Under the pieces are notes generated by a model. The model was given only the letters and a program-made list of their open reading frames with translations, was not told where the DNA came from and did no database searches. From Candidatus Bipolaricaulia bacterium (GTDB lineage Bacteria > Bipolaricaulota > Bipolaricaulia > RBG-16-55-9): a stretch of 64,000 bases of DNA. Below are positions 45,151-54,900 of this stretch, in pieces. The translations under genes and the position numbers were made by a program. Location: assembly GCA_042219045.1 (NCBI GenBank), contig JBDGQO010000049.1:20731-84730 (forward strand). The letters are read 5' to 3'. Every line of letters begins with the position of its first letter. Positions within the stretch are counted from its first letter, which is position 1.

Positions 45151-45963
45151 TTACCAGAGCCGAATGGCGAGGACGACCCCGAGCGCAGCCAAGAAGACGA
45201 TCACGGCAAAGGCCGTCAAGCCCGGGCTTAGGCCCGGATTGGTCGGCGTGGGAGCCGGGGGCGTCGTCTCCTCGTTAGCGCCGGCCGCGTCGACGACCCT
45301 CAGCGCCTCGAGTGTATCGTTGCCCAACTGGCCGATGGCGAAGACGGTGTAGTTGGTCGCGGCCTCAAAGGTGACACCGGGCACGGTCAAGGCCACGTCC
45401 TGAGTGCCGGCCGGGCGCACCTGGAGATCGTAGGTGGCAGGATCGACAGTGGCATATCCGGACTCATTCCGGAACGCGACGTTGGAGAACAGCACGGACC
45501 CGTCGGCAACGGCGACGTCCACGGCGGGAGCGTCGGGCGAGGCATGGACAACGCGCACTTTTGCTTGATTGGCCGTCGTGGATCGGTCGTCCTGCAAGAC
45601 GAGCGGTCGGAGGTCATTCTTGCCCAACAGGCCGGTGGCCGCAACCGTGTATGCCGTGCCTGCGTCGAGGATGACGGTGGTGTCGATGAGGACCGGAACA
45701 CTTCCCCCGGTCGCGGTGACCCGGATGCGGTGTTCGCCGGCTGCGATCTCGAGGTAAGCGCTGACGGTCTTGAAGGGGACGTTCTCCAAGACAATACGCC
45801 CGTCAACTCGAACGTCAACATTCGGGGCATCGGGCGAGAGATGGGCCACGCGCAGCTGCGCGGTTTCGCCGTCTTGAGCACTGGCCAAGCCGGAGCCAGG
45901 AAGCACAACGGCAATGGCGGCAAGGGCGGCAAGGGCGGCAAGGGCGACTCCGATCCTTCGCAT
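45151..45963 (-). CDS. DUF4397 domain-containing secreted protein with a C-terminal TM anchor
   Basis: Signal peptide. Two repeats of LRVAHLSPDAPNVDV / VRVVHASPDAPAVDV, a Pro/Thr linker and a terminal helix. SD AAGGAGGG before ATG 45963. Confidence 0.75.
   Translation of the reverse strand: MRRIGVALAALAALAAIAVVLPGSGLASAQDGETAQLRVAHLSPDAPNVDVRVDGRIVLENVPFKTVSAYLEIAAGEHRIRVTATGGSVPVLIDTTVILDAGTAYTVAATGLLGKNDLRPLVLQDDRSTTANQAKVRVVHASPDAPAVDVAVADGSVLFSNVAFRNESGYATVDPATYDLQVRPAGTQDVALTVPGVTFEAATNYTVFAIGQLGNDTLEALRVVDAAGANEETTPPAPTPTNPGLSPGLTAFAVIVFLAALGVVLAIRLW
45916..45942. repeat. 9-bp tandem repeat (GGCGGCAAG x3) inside the DUF4397 signal-peptide coding region
   Basis: Read directly from the sequence. 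It encodes ALAALAALA on the minus strand. Confidence 0.8.
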
Positions 45964-46239
45964 TGGATTCCCTCCTTGAAGCTTTGAGAGCCCGAATCGG
46001 GTTGGACGATCATGCGACCCTGGGCTAGCATTCCATCGTTGCCCGATTTGGTTGAGATCACACCGACGAGCAAGGTGGCAAAGGTTCTTCCGCTGTGTCA
46101 ACTTGATCTCCTTCACGGGCTTGCTTGCCCTTGGCTTGACTCCGAAATCTGTGAAAGGATCCGGTTAGGCGACTCATATCCGTTTGGCGTAACCGCAGAC
46201 GGCGCAATCTTCACCTCAGCTAACGCGTCGATGCGTTGC

Positions 46240-47079
46240 TCAATGGCGAATGCTCGGATCCAACCGAAACCGCGCCGCAAACTTCGTCTCGCCCTGATTG
46301 AGTTGGCACGGCGTCTGCCCCGAGCGGAGCCAATCGATGCCCCGTTTGGCCGTCTTTCCGGAATAACAACCGTCCGATGGATCGGGCCGCTCGTCCAAGC
46401 GTTGATAGAGCACGAGATGGAGATGGGCCGTGTAAGGAAGCCGTCCGGATAACCCCGTGGCGCCGACCGTGCCGATCGGTTCGCCCAGCAAGACGGTATC
46501 GCCCTCGGTAACGTGCACACGCCGCAGGTGCGCGTATCGCACCGCGAAGCTCGGGTCGGCGCTCAGCTGCACCACGACCGTATTGCCGTAGTTGAACGAA
46601 TCCGGGTTGGCGACGCGCCCCCGTCCTGATCGCGCGTAGATCACCCGGCCGCTCGCCACGCTCAGCACCGTCTCGCCGACGTCATCGTTGCGCTGGCCAT
46701 GGTTCCAGTCGATGGCGTGGGCGTCGTCGCCGTCGTGGCCGTCGTGGGTGCCGGCTCGCCAGCCGTCCGTGCGAGCGAAGCTCCATCCCAAGCGGGACCT
46801 GCCGTCCGTTAACAGCTGGATCCGATCGTCATTTGCAGGGGGCAGTCGGGGCAGTTCTGGCGTCGGCGACGGATCGGTCGGGGGCGTCTCCGTTGCCGTC
46901 TCCCCTTGGGATTGGTCCGTCAGCTCAATGGGCGGGAGCGGTTCCAAGGGCTCCGACATGACGTCGCTCGATGGCGTCGCTGACGTCAGCCCAGCCAACG
47001 GCGAGGGGAACGTCAACACCGTCACCAACGTGGCGACGCTTACGACGAGCGTGCCGACGACGATCACAAGTCGGTCCAC
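46240..47079 (-). CDS. M23-family metallopeptidase (peptidoglycan endopeptidase-like)
   Basis: N-terminal TM helix, H..D context (THDGHDGDDAHAIDW) and GATGLSGRLPYTAHLHLVLY (M23 HxH motif). GTG start with SD GGAGG. Confidence 0.7.
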   Translation of the reverse strand: MDRLVIVVGTLVVSVATLVTVLTFPSPLAGLTSATPSSDVMSEPLEPLPPIELTDQSQGETATETPPTDPSPTPELPRLPPANDDRIQLLTDGRSRLGWSFARTDGWRAGTHDGHDGDDAHAIDWNHGQRNDDVGETVLSVASGRVIYARSGRGRVANPDSFNYGNTVVVQLSADPSFAVRYAHLRRVHVTEGDTVLLGEPIGTVGATGLSGRLPYTAHLHLVLYQRLDERPDPSDGCYSGKTAKRGIDWLRSGQTPCQLNQGETKFAARFRLDPSIRH

Positions 47080-47326
47080 TAACCTCAGCCTCCGTCAGGA
47101 ACGAGGATGCAAGCGCGTTTTCGTCTAGTCCCTCCGGCATTTAGCTTGGACGGTTCAAGCTCAACGGGCAAGGACACGGATCCTGCGTCCACCGACAATG
47201 AGTCTGTTCCCCGGCACGGGCTCGGACGGGCCGGGTGACGGATAGCGTTGCGGGCCCATCTCGCAGCAGATAAAGTCGATCCGTTTGCCAGCCAGAATCC
47301 ATTCCATTGACAGGAGGTCAGGCCAA

Positions 47327-47764
47327 ATGAGCTCAACAGCCGACAAGCAGTTCAAATCGATCGTGCCGGTCGCCGTGATGATCCTGCGCCTGGTGATCGG
47401 CATCGTCTTCATCATGCACGGGGCGCAGAAGCTCCTCGGCGCCTTCGGCGGCGCCGGCATCGACGGCACGGCGCAGTTCTTCGGATCCCTCGGACTGGAG
47501 CCGGCGACGTTTTGGGCCTGGGTCGTGGCCTTGGTCGAGTTCGGGGGCGGCATGGCGATGGCGATCGGGCTGCTCGCCCGCTGGGCCGGTCTCTTGTTGG
47601 CGATCAACATGGCCGTTGCCGCGATTGTCGTCCACTTGCCGAAGGGGTTTTTCGCCAGCGATGGCGGCGTCGAGTTCGTGCTGACGCTGTTCGCCGGATC
47701 GCTGTTTTTCGTGGCCTACGGCAGCGGCAAGCTCTCGGTCGATGCAGCCCTGTCGTCGGCCTGA
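47327..47764 (+). CDS. DoxX-family membrane protein
   Basis: LRLVIGIVFIMHGAQKL... four TM helices. SD AGGAGG before ATG 47327. Confidence 0.8.
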   Translation: MSSTADKQFKSIVPVAVMILRLVIGIVFIMHGAQKLLGAFGGAGIDGTAQFFGSLGLEPATFWAWVVALVEFGGGMAMAIGLLARWAGLLLAINMAVAAIVVHLPKGFFASDGGVEFVLTLFAGSLFFVAYGSGKLSVDAALSSA

Positions 47765-47783
47765 CATCGACGACCGGTAACGC

Positions 47784-48269
47784 CTAGACGAGCGACGCGA
47801 TCAGGACGATGAGGCCCACGAGCCCGACGAGAATGAGCAGGCCACCGAGGAACCAACGGATGGCAAACTTGCGCGCGAACTTGGCCTGCTCCGGCGTGAT
47901 CGTGACGCGATCGGGATGCCGGCGAGCCATGCGTTGGGCCTTCTTGCGCATCTGAATCGACTCGCGGACTCGTCCCTCGTTGCGGTAGACGACGCCCAGG
48001 TTGTGGTGGGCGTTGATGTGGTTCGGGTCGTGGGTGATCGCCTTGCGGAAGGTGTATTCGGCCCGTTCGTTGTCGCCCTGGTCGTAGTAGATGTTGCCGA
48101 GGCGATAGTAGATCTGGGCCTTGTCGAGGCCGTGGGCCAGCGCCTCGAGCAGCAGGTCGATACCCTCCTCGTAGCGTTGCTCCCGGCGGAACTGTTCCGC
48201 ACGGCTGAGCGCGTCGTCGACGGCCGCGCGGCGGTCGGTCTCGGATTGACTAGGATTGATCGACGCCAT
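47784..48269 (-). CDS. TPR-repeat protein with a C-terminal TM helix
   Basis: Three TPR units (YYRLGNIYYDQGDNERAEYTFRKAITHDPNH...) and the terminal hydrophobic segment LLILVGLVGLIVLIA. Confidence 0.7.
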   Translation of the reverse strand: MASINPSQSETDRRAAVDDALSRAEQFRREQRYEEGIDLLLEALAHGLDKAQIYYRLGNIYYDQGDNERAEYTFRKAITHDPNHINAHHNLGVVYRNEGRVRESIQMRKKAQRMARRHPDRVTITPEQAKFARKFAIRWFLGGLLILVGLVGLIVLIASLV

Positions 48270-48879
48270 CGAGCCTCGCCTTCACCGCTTGGATGTCCTG
48301 CCAGGTCAGGTGCTTCGGGCTGCCCGAAGCTCGCGAGGGATTCCGCAAGAGATAACTCGGATGGAACATGGGAAAGATCTGGATCCCGTCGCGATAGTCG
48401 AAGAATTCTCCCCTGACCTTGGTGATGCCGGCATCGGTGTCCAGCAGCTTCTTCGTGGGAATGTTGCCGAGCGTGACGATGACCGACGGCCGGACGTAGT
48501 GGATCTCGGCTTCAAGATACGACCAACAGGCTTGAATTTCGTCTCGCTGGGGCGCCCGGTTTTCGGGGGGGCGGCATTTGACGACGTTGCTGATGTAGAC
48601 CGTCTCGCGCGGCATCCCGGCCGCTTCCAGGATCTGATCCAACAGCTGGCCCGCACGCCCCACAAACGGGCGGCCTTCCGCGTCCTCGTCCGCACCCGGC
48701 CCTTCGCCGACGAACATGACGCCACAAGGGACGGGCCCCTCGCCGAAGACCACTTGGGTTCGGCTGTCCTTGAGGCGGCATTTCAGGCAGCTGAGCGCCA
48801 CCTCACGAACTTCCTCATACGACGATCCTAGGGCGTTGTCCTCGGGATCGTTGAAAAGCGACATCATGTCATGTGCCAT
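48250..48879 (-). CDS. Uracil-DNA glycosylase, family 4
   Basis: VMFVGEGPGADED, GRPFVGRAGQLLD and HPSYLLR motifs, with CLKC cluster cysteines. Confidence 0.85.
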   Translation of the reverse strand: MAHDMMSLFNDPEDNALGSSYEEVREVALSCLKCRLKDSRTQVVFGEGPVPCGVMFVGEGPGADEDAEGRPFVGRAGQLLDQILEAAGMPRETVYISNVVKCRPPENRAPQRDEIQACWSYLEAEIHYVRPSVIVTLGNIPTKKLLDTDAGITKVRGEFFDYRDGIQIFPMFHPSYLLRNPSRASGSPKHLTWQDIQAVKARLDGVDQS

Positions 48880-48912
48880 GATATCCGCCGTCGGGCGGGC
48901 AAGCTGTGGGTT

Positions 48913-48987
48913 TGGAGCGGGCGACGGGATTCGAACCCGCGACCACCAGCTTGGGAAGCTGGGACTCTACCGCTGAGTTACACCCGC
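48913..48987 (-). tRNA. tRNA-Gly (anticodon CCC), CCA encoded
   Basis: The reverse complement GCGGGTGTAACTCAGCGGTAGAGTCCCAGCTTCCCAAGCTGGTGGTCGCGGGTTCGAATCCCGTCGCCCGCTCCA folds as a cloverleaf. It has a 7-bp acceptor stem, anticodon loop TTCCCAA, T-loop TTCGAAT and U73. Confidence 0.95.
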
Positions 48988-49054
48988 ACGTTCGATGGCG
49001 ATCATACCACTCGCCGGAACGCTCAACAAGCCCCGACGCGCGCGGCGCGACGAA

Positions 49055-49555
49055 TCACTGGATAAAGCGCTTGAAGTCGGAGAGGTTCATCTCGCGCTCG
49101 ACGAAGTCCTTGAAACGCTCGCGCGTCTCTTCGTCCTCCTCGTCAGCGATCTCGTCCATCTCGATAGCGGAGGCGTCGAAGACGTCGTCGGAGATATAGA
49201 TCGGGCTCTGCGTGCGCAGCGCCAAGGCGATCGAGTCCGATGGCCGGGCGTCGATCTCGTGGACGTCCCCGTAGGGGTCGCGCAGAAAGATCGTCGCGTA
49301 GTACGTGGAGTCCTCGATGTTGTCGATGACGACCATGTCCATGTCGCCGCCGAGGTTGTCGATCATCATCTGGAGGAGATCGTGCGTGAGCGGTCGAGGG
49401 AACTCGCGCTCCTGCAGGACCATGGCGATGGCGGTCGCTTCCGGGTTGCCGATCCAGACGGGAACGACCTTTTCGGTTTCCTCGTCTTTCAGGAGAATGA
49501 CGGGAGTGTTCTGGTAGGGGTCGACGAGCAGGGCCTTGACCTCGACTTCGCGCAT
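49055..49555 (-). CDS. Bifunctional nuclease (BFN/DUF151) family protein
   Basis: VPVWIGNPEATAIA, RPLTHDL and ARPSDSIALALR motifs. Start at internal ATG 49555. Confidence 0.8.
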   Translation of the reverse strand: MREVEVKALLVDPYQNTPVILLKDEETEKVVPVWIGNPEATAIAMVLQEREFPRPLTHDLLQMMIDNLGGDMDMVVIDNIEDSTYYATIFLRDPYGDVHEIDARPSDSIALALRTQSPIYISDDVFDASAIEMDEIADEEDEETRERFKDFVEREMNLSDFKRFIQ

Positions 49556-49722
49556 CGACAAGACCTCCTCTCTGGACTCGGGCCGCGCGGCAGGCCCGAA
49601 ATCGCGTCTATTATAGCAGTGCCCTATGCGCTTGGCAAAAGCCGACGTGTCCCTGGGGTCGTGGACGTTGTGGCGCCTCAATGGCGTCCAGTATACTTGG
49701 GTGCATCGGGAGGGGATGCGCA

Positions 49723-51555
49723 TTGTGCGGCATTATGGGCTACATCGGCACCGAATCCCAAGGGCAGCGCGTCGTTCTGGACGGGCTTCAGGCCCTCGAA
49801 TACCGCGGTTACGACTCCGCCGGGGTGGCGGTGCTGACCGACGACCACATCTGGACGGCCAAACGGGCTGGCAAGATCGACGAACTGATTCGCGCCGTTC
49901 CGGACGACGCACCGCAAGGACAGACGGCGCTGGGGCACACCCGCTGGGCGACCCACGGTCCGCCCACCGACGTCAACGCCCACCCTCATGCCGACTGCCT
50001 GGGCGACCTGGTCGTCATCCACAACGGCATCATCGAAAATTTCCATCAGTTGAAGACGGAGCTGATGGAGCAGGGCCACGCGTTCCTCTCCCAGACCGAC
50101 ACGGAGGTCCTGGCGCATCGGATCGAATCGTTCTACGATGGGGACCTCCAGAAAGCGGTTTTGAAGGGACTAGACGGCGTCGAAGGCGCATACGCGATCG
50201 CCGTTCTGTCCCGACGCCATCCGGACGAGATCGTCGTGGCCAAGACGGCCAGCCCACTCGTCATTGGCCTCGGCGACGGCGCCAACTACCTGGCGTCAGG
50301 CGTGCCTGCCCTGTTGCCCCACACGAAAGAGATGCTCTTCCTCGACGACGGCGAGCTGGCCACCATTCGATCCGATGATATCGACGTGTTTGACCTCGAC
50401 GGCAACCCCATTGACAAGCATGCCCAGACGATCAACTGGGACCCGGTGACGGTGCAAAAACAAGGGTATCGGCACTTCATGCTCAAGGAGATGCACGAAC
50501 AGCCCCAGGCCGTCGCCGACACGCTGCGCGGCCATGCAGACCTGGAGTCATACGACGTCCACATGGCCGAGGTCGGCCTCGATCCCGAGACATTGGAACA
50601 CGTCCGCCAGATCACGCTGATCGCCTGCGGCACGGCGTATCACGCCTGCTGGACGTCCAAGTACCTCTGGCAGCGCTGGCTTGACGTTCCCATCAACGTC
50701 GAGCTGGCCTCGGAATTCCGCTACAGCGCGCCGTATCTCGGCTCCGACTCCCTCGTCGTCGCCGTGTCGCAGTCGGGCGAGACGGCCGACACGCTGGCCG
50801 GGGTCTCCTTGGCGCGCGAGCACGGCGTGCCCGTGCTCGGCTTGACCAACAGCCCCGGCTCGGCCCTCGAACGGGCCGCCAATTGGACGATGTATACGCA
50901 CGCGGGCCCGGAGATCGGGGTGGCGTCCACGAAGTGCTTCATGGTCCAACTGGAGGCGTTGGCGTTGATCGGGCTCTTCATCGGCGAGCAGCGCGGCGCG
51001 AGCTCGCGCGAGGAGATCGAGCGCTCGCTCGGCCAATTGGCTGCCACCCCCGGGATCTTGGAACACTTGCTCAAGCGGGAACCGGAGCTCGAGTCGCTCG
51101 CCCGCCACTTCTACGACGTGGCGCACTTCCTCTATCTGGGCCGCGACATGCTCTGCCCCATCGCCTACGAGGGGGCCCTCAAGCTGAAGGAGATCAGCTA
51201 CATCCACGCTGAGGGCTACGCCGCGGGGGAGATGAAACACGGGCCGATCGCGCTCATCGACGAGCACATGCCCGTCGTGGTGCTCGCCACCCAGAACAGC
51301 GTCTACGAAAAACTCTTCAGCAACATCGAGGAAGTGAAAGCCCGCAAGGGCATCGTCATCGCCGTCAGCGACACGCGGGACGCCGAGATCGAGCGCGTGG
51401 CCGATCACCTCATTGAGCTGCCCGAGTCGCTCCCCATCGTGACGCCGATGCTCTTCACGATTCCCATGCAGCTGTTGGCCTATCACGTTGCCGTGCTGCG
51501 AGGCACCGACGTGGATCAGCCACGGAACTTGGCCAAGAGCGTCACCGTCGAATGA
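49723..51555 (+). CDS. glmS: Glutamine--fructose-6-phosphate aminotransferase (isomerizing)
   Basis: (M)CGIMGYIG N-terminal nucleophile Cys, reached from TTG 49723 with SD GGGAGGGG. Two SIS domains and a C-terminal ...LAKSVTVE. Confidence 0.95.
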   Translation: MCGIMGYIGTESQGQRVVLDGLQALEYRGYDSAGVAVLTDDHIWTAKRAGKIDELIRAVPDDAPQGQTALGHTRWATHGPPTDVNAHPHADCLGDLVVIHNGIIENFHQLKTELMEQGHAFLSQTDTEVLAHRIESFYDGDLQKAVLKGLDGVEGAYAIAVLSRRHPDEIVVAKTASPLVIGLGDGANYLASGVPALLPHTKEMLFLDDGELATIRSDDIDVFDLDGNPIDKHAQTINWDPVTVQKQGYRHFMLKEMHEQPQAVADTLRGHADLESYDVHMAEVGLDPETLEHVRQITLIACGTAYHACWTSKYLWQRWLDVPINVELASEFRYSAPYLGSDSLVVAVSQSGETADTLAGVSLAREHGVPVLGLTNSPGSALERAANWTMYTHAGPEIGVASTKCFMVQLEALALIGLFIGEQRGASSREEIERSLGQLAATPGILEHLLKREPELESLARHFYDVAHFLYLGRDMLCPIAYEGALKLKEISYIHAEGYAAGEMKHGPIALIDEHMPVVVLATQNSVYEKLFSNIEEVKARKGIVIAVSDTRDAEIERVADHLIELPESLPIVTPMLFTIPMQLLAYHVAVLRGTDVDQPRNLAKSVTVE

Positions 51556-51642
51556 TGCTTGGAAGACGGACCGAGGAGTGACAACGCTGACGAACGGGGC
51601 TTTGACGGAGCGCAGAGGAGCCAACAGGAAAGGAGGGCCAAG

Positions 51643-51831
51643 ATGGACAACGCTCGCAAGCTCGGGATTGTGCTGATGCTGATCGGCATCGGCGTCGGCA
51701 TTGTCGGCCAGATCCTGAACGCCGACGCCCACATGACGTTCCAGACGGTCATCGGCTGGGTGATCACGCTCGTCGGCGCGGCCGTCGTCATCTCGGGCGG
51801 TTGGATGTACACACAGCGCGAGGAGGGTTGA
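51643..51831 (+). CDS. Hypothetical small membrane protein (62 aa)
   Basis: SD AAAGGAGGG before ATG 51643. Two hydrophobic helices. Confidence 0.5.
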   Translation: MDNARKLGIVLMLIGIGVGIVGQILNADAHMTFQTVIGWVITLVGAAVVISGGWMYTQREEG

Positions 51832-52104
51832 CGCCTCCTTGCGGATGCGATGTCGCGCCAAGCCTTGGCACCATAGTCGTGCGAGCTTTTGGCGAGATAT
51901 CAACCATGTTCCTCGTGCCTCTTCCTAGCACGGGGGTCTCCCTGCCCAATTCGTTGCGTCGACGTCGTCTGAGCTAGCTTGACAGCGCGTTCACGAGCTG
52001 TTGTAAATACATGGATTGAGGTATCGGTCAAACAAGGTTACGCCGTGCCACTGTGCGCGGCATTATTTTGGTCATGATCCCATCATGCGGAAAGGAGCAA
52101 TGCA

Positions 52105-53778
52105 ATGATTGATCGTCTCATCACGATCGGGATCGTCGTGGTCACCCTCATCGGCGGCGGACTCATGATCCAGCAGAGCCCCGCACCGACGTCGACGGGG
52201 ACGAATTCCGGCCTGACGACTGCTCAGGAACAGGACAATGCCGTCCAGACGCCATCGCAGCAACCTCGGTCGTCCGAAACCGTTCAGGAGGCCACAAGCG
52301 GATCGACGCCGTTGGAGGGCCTGGACGCATACGTCAAAGGCGCCATGGAGACCTGGAACGTCCCGGGCACGGCTATCGCCGTCGTCAAGGACGACGAGGT
52401 GGTGTTCGCCGAGGGCTACGGTGTCCGGAATGACAACACAGGCAAGCCCGTGACGGCACGGACGCTCTTTGCCGTCGGCTCGACTACGAAGGCCTTCACG
52501 ACGGCCGCGTTGGGCATGCTCGTGGATGAGGGCAAAATCAGCTGGGATGAGAAGGTCGTCAACTATTTGCCCGACTTCCAACTGAAGGACCCGTGGATCA
52601 CGCGTCACCTGACGATCCGCGATCTGCTGACCCATCGGGTTGGCCTAAAGCGGGCGGATCTGCTCTGGTATTCGAACAAGTTCAATCGGGACCAGGTGCT
52701 CCAACGTATCCGCAACGTGGAGCACAAGCTCCGCTTCCGCGATCAGTTTGGCTACCAGAACGCGATGTATGTCGCCGCCGGCGAGATCATCGAGTCGGTG
52801 ACGGGCCAGAGCTGGAGCACGTTCGTGCAAAATCGCATTTTCAATCCGCTCGGCATGCTCGTCAGCAACACGAGCACGGATGACTTGGCCTACTACAGCG
52901 ATGTCGCCATGCCCCACATCCAGTCGTCCGCGAGCGAGGTCCGACCCATCGACTATCACAACATCGACAATGCCGCCCCCGCTGGCGCCATCAATTCCAA
53001 CGTCCAGGAGATGGCCCAATGGGTACGTCTCCAGCTGAACGAGGGCACTTACGAGGGCCAACGGTTGCTGGAGGCATCCACGGTGCGCGCGATGCACAGT
53101 CCGGAGACGATCATCGACCCGGGCCCTACGCAAGCGCGATTGAACCCGGAGACGACGTTCTCGACGTACGGGCTGGGCTGGTTCGTCGATGACTACCGGG
53201 GCCACAAAGCCGTCTACCACGGGGGCAACATCGACGGCATGAGCGCGCACGTCAGCATGGTGCCAGAAGAGGAGCTCGGCGTCGTCGTGCTGACGAACAT
53301 GAACGCGACGCCGATGCCCAAGATCCTGAGCAAGTGGATCACGGATCGGTATCTCCAGGCTCCCGAGAAGGATTGGAGCCAGCACTACCGGCAGATTTAT
53401 GAGAAGATCGGCCAACAACGTCAACAGGCTCTGCAAAAGGTCCGGGAGAATCGCACGTCGGGGACCGAGCCGTCGCTGGGGTTGGAGCGTTATGCCGGCG
53501 TCTACGAGAGCGACCTCTACGGCAAACTGACGATCCGCGCTGAAGACGATGGCTTGATCCTGCAATATGGCGACCTCGTCGGCGATCTCACGCATTGGCA
53601 ATACGACACGTTCCGCGTCAGCTGGCCCCCGTCGGTCCGTGCTGTGGTCGGCGGCTTCTTTCTCGCCAACATTCATCTCGATGCCCGAGGCAACATCCAG
53701 TCGCTGGAACTGAGCGATGCACTCGGTCGGTTAGAGCTTGGCGAGTTCAAGCGGGTCGGCGACGTGGGGCAACCGTAA
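52105..53778 (+). CDS. Serine hydrolase, beta-lactamase/PBP (class C-like) family with a C-terminal DUF3471-like domain
   Basis: N-terminal TM helix. S-x-x-K motif in FAVGSTTKAFT and the YQN motif (FGYQNAMY). SD GGAAAGGAG. Confidence 0.8.
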   Translation: MIDRLITIGIVVVTLIGGGLMIQQSPAPTSTGTNSGLTTAQEQDNAVQTPSQQPRSSETVQEATSGSTPLEGLDAYVKGAMETWNVPGTAIAVVKDDEVVFAEGYGVRNDNTGKPVTARTLFAVGSTTKAFTTAALGMLVDEGKISWDEKVVNYLPDFQLKDPWITRHLTIRDLLTHRVGLKRADLLWYSNKFNRDQVLQRIRNVEHKLRFRDQFGYQNAMYVAAGEIIESVTGQSWSTFVQNRIFNPLGMLVSNTSTDDLAYYSDVAMPHIQSSASEVRPIDYHNIDNAAPAGAINSNVQEMAQWVRLQLNEGTYEGQRLLEASTVRAMHSPETIIDPGPTQARLNPETTFSTYGLGWFVDDYRGHKAVYHGGNIDGMSAHVSMVPEEELGVVVLTNMNATPMPKILSKWITDRYLQAPEKDWSQHYRQIYEKIGQQRQQALQKVRENRTSGTEPSLGLERYAGVYESDLYGKLTIRAEDDGLILQYGDLVGDLTHWQYDTFRVSWPPSVRAVVGGFFLANIHLDARGNIQSLELSDALGRLELGEFKRVGDVGQP

Positions 53779-53832
53779 GCGTCCATCCGGCGTCGCCGTG
53801 CTAGACTCGGACCGACGTCGACGAGGCACCCA

Positions 53833-54891
53833 TTGGCATCGAAGCGCAATCGTCGTGTCGTGGTGACCCAGTACGGCGACCCGGACGTGCTCCAGGTCGT
53901 GACGTCGGAGACGCCGGAGCCCGCATGGGGCGAGGTTCGGATACGCGTGGAGGCGACCGGCCTCGCGTTCGCCGACATCCTCATGCGGGAAGGGCTTTAT
54001 CCGGGCACGCCGAGTGTGCCCTTTGCGCCCGGCTACGACGTCGTCGGCGTTGTCGATCAACGGGGCGAGGGCGTGGCCGACTGGCAACCGGGCGATCGCG
54101 TCGCGGCACTGACGGTATTTGGCGGCTACGCCGACTATCTCACTTGGCCGGCGGCTGATCTCGTCCCGGTGCCCGATGGGCTGTCGGCCGGCGAAGCCGT
54201 GAGCCTGGTGCTCAACGGCACCACGGCCGATCAGATGCTCCATCGCGTGGCGTCCGTTCAACCGGGCGGGCGAATCCTCGTTCACGGTGCGGCCGGCGGC
54301 GTCGGAACCCTCATGCTCCAGTTGGCCCGCCTCGACGACATCACGGTTTACGGCACGGCATCGACGCCCAAGCATGACCTGATCCGTGAGTTGGACGCGA
54401 CGCCGATCGACTACCGCAGCCAGGACTTCGTCGAGCGGGTTCATAAGCTAACGAATGGTGAAGGCGTTGACGCCGCCTTTGACCCGATCGGAGGCGCGAA
54501 CTGGCGTCGATCCTACCGGACGCTCAAGCGCGGCGGGCATCTCGTTACCTACGGCCTGTCCGCCGCGCTCCAGGCCCGCGGCCGGCAACGCCGGCTTGCG
54601 ATGCTGACCAGCATGGCCCGCTTGGGATGGCTCAAGCTGCTTCCGGACGCGCGTCGGGTGAGCTTTTACAGCATCACGGGGCTGAAGGCGAAGCATCCGG
54701 CGTGGTTCCGGGATGACTTGCAGAATCTGTTCCAGCTGTGCGGCACCGGGAGGATTGCGCCGGTGATCGGCGAAAGCCTTCCCCTTGAAAGAGCAGGTTC
54801 GGGACATGACCTTTTGGAAAACGCCAGGGTAAGCGGCAAGATCGTCCTACAAGGCTTGGAGAGTGCGTCAGATGACCCATCCGAACGATAG
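53833..54891 (+). CDS. Medium-chain dehydrogenase/reductase, quinone oxidoreductase (zeta-crystallin/VAT-1-like) family
   Basis: GEVRIRVEATGLAFADI, PFAPGYDVVGVV and VHGAAGGVG (NADPH fold). TTG start is uncertain. Confidence 0.75.
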   Translation: MASKRNRRVVVTQYGDPDVLQVVTSETPEPAWGEVRIRVEATGLAFADILMREGLYPGTPSVPFAPGYDVVGVVDQRGEGVADWQPGDRVAALTVFGGYADYLTWPAADLVPVPDGLSAGEAVSLVLNGTTADQMLHRVASVQPGGRILVHGAAGGVGTLMLQLARLDDITVYGTASTPKHDLIRELDATPIDYRSQDFVERVHKLTNGEGVDAAFDPIGGANWRRSYRTLKRGGHLVTYGLSAALQARGRQRRLAMLTSMARLGWLKLLPDARRVSFYSITGLKAKHPAWFRDDLQNLFQLCGTGRIAPVIGESLPLERAGSGHDLLENARVSGKIVLQGLESASDDPSER

Positions 54892-54900
54892 CGACAGGCG

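Noticed and set aside
48913-48987. tRNA-Gly as an integration site for a genomic island.
   Set aside because: There is no integrase, no direct repeat of the tRNA 3' end and no compositional shift on either side. The flanking genes (UDG, bifunctional nuclease, glmS) are ordinary.
49556-49722. Possible glmS ribozyme in the 167-bp leader of glmS.
   Set aside because: The conserved glmS ribozyme core sequences are not visible. The spacer also has to hold the divergent promoter of the nuclease gene, so it is too short and dissimilar.
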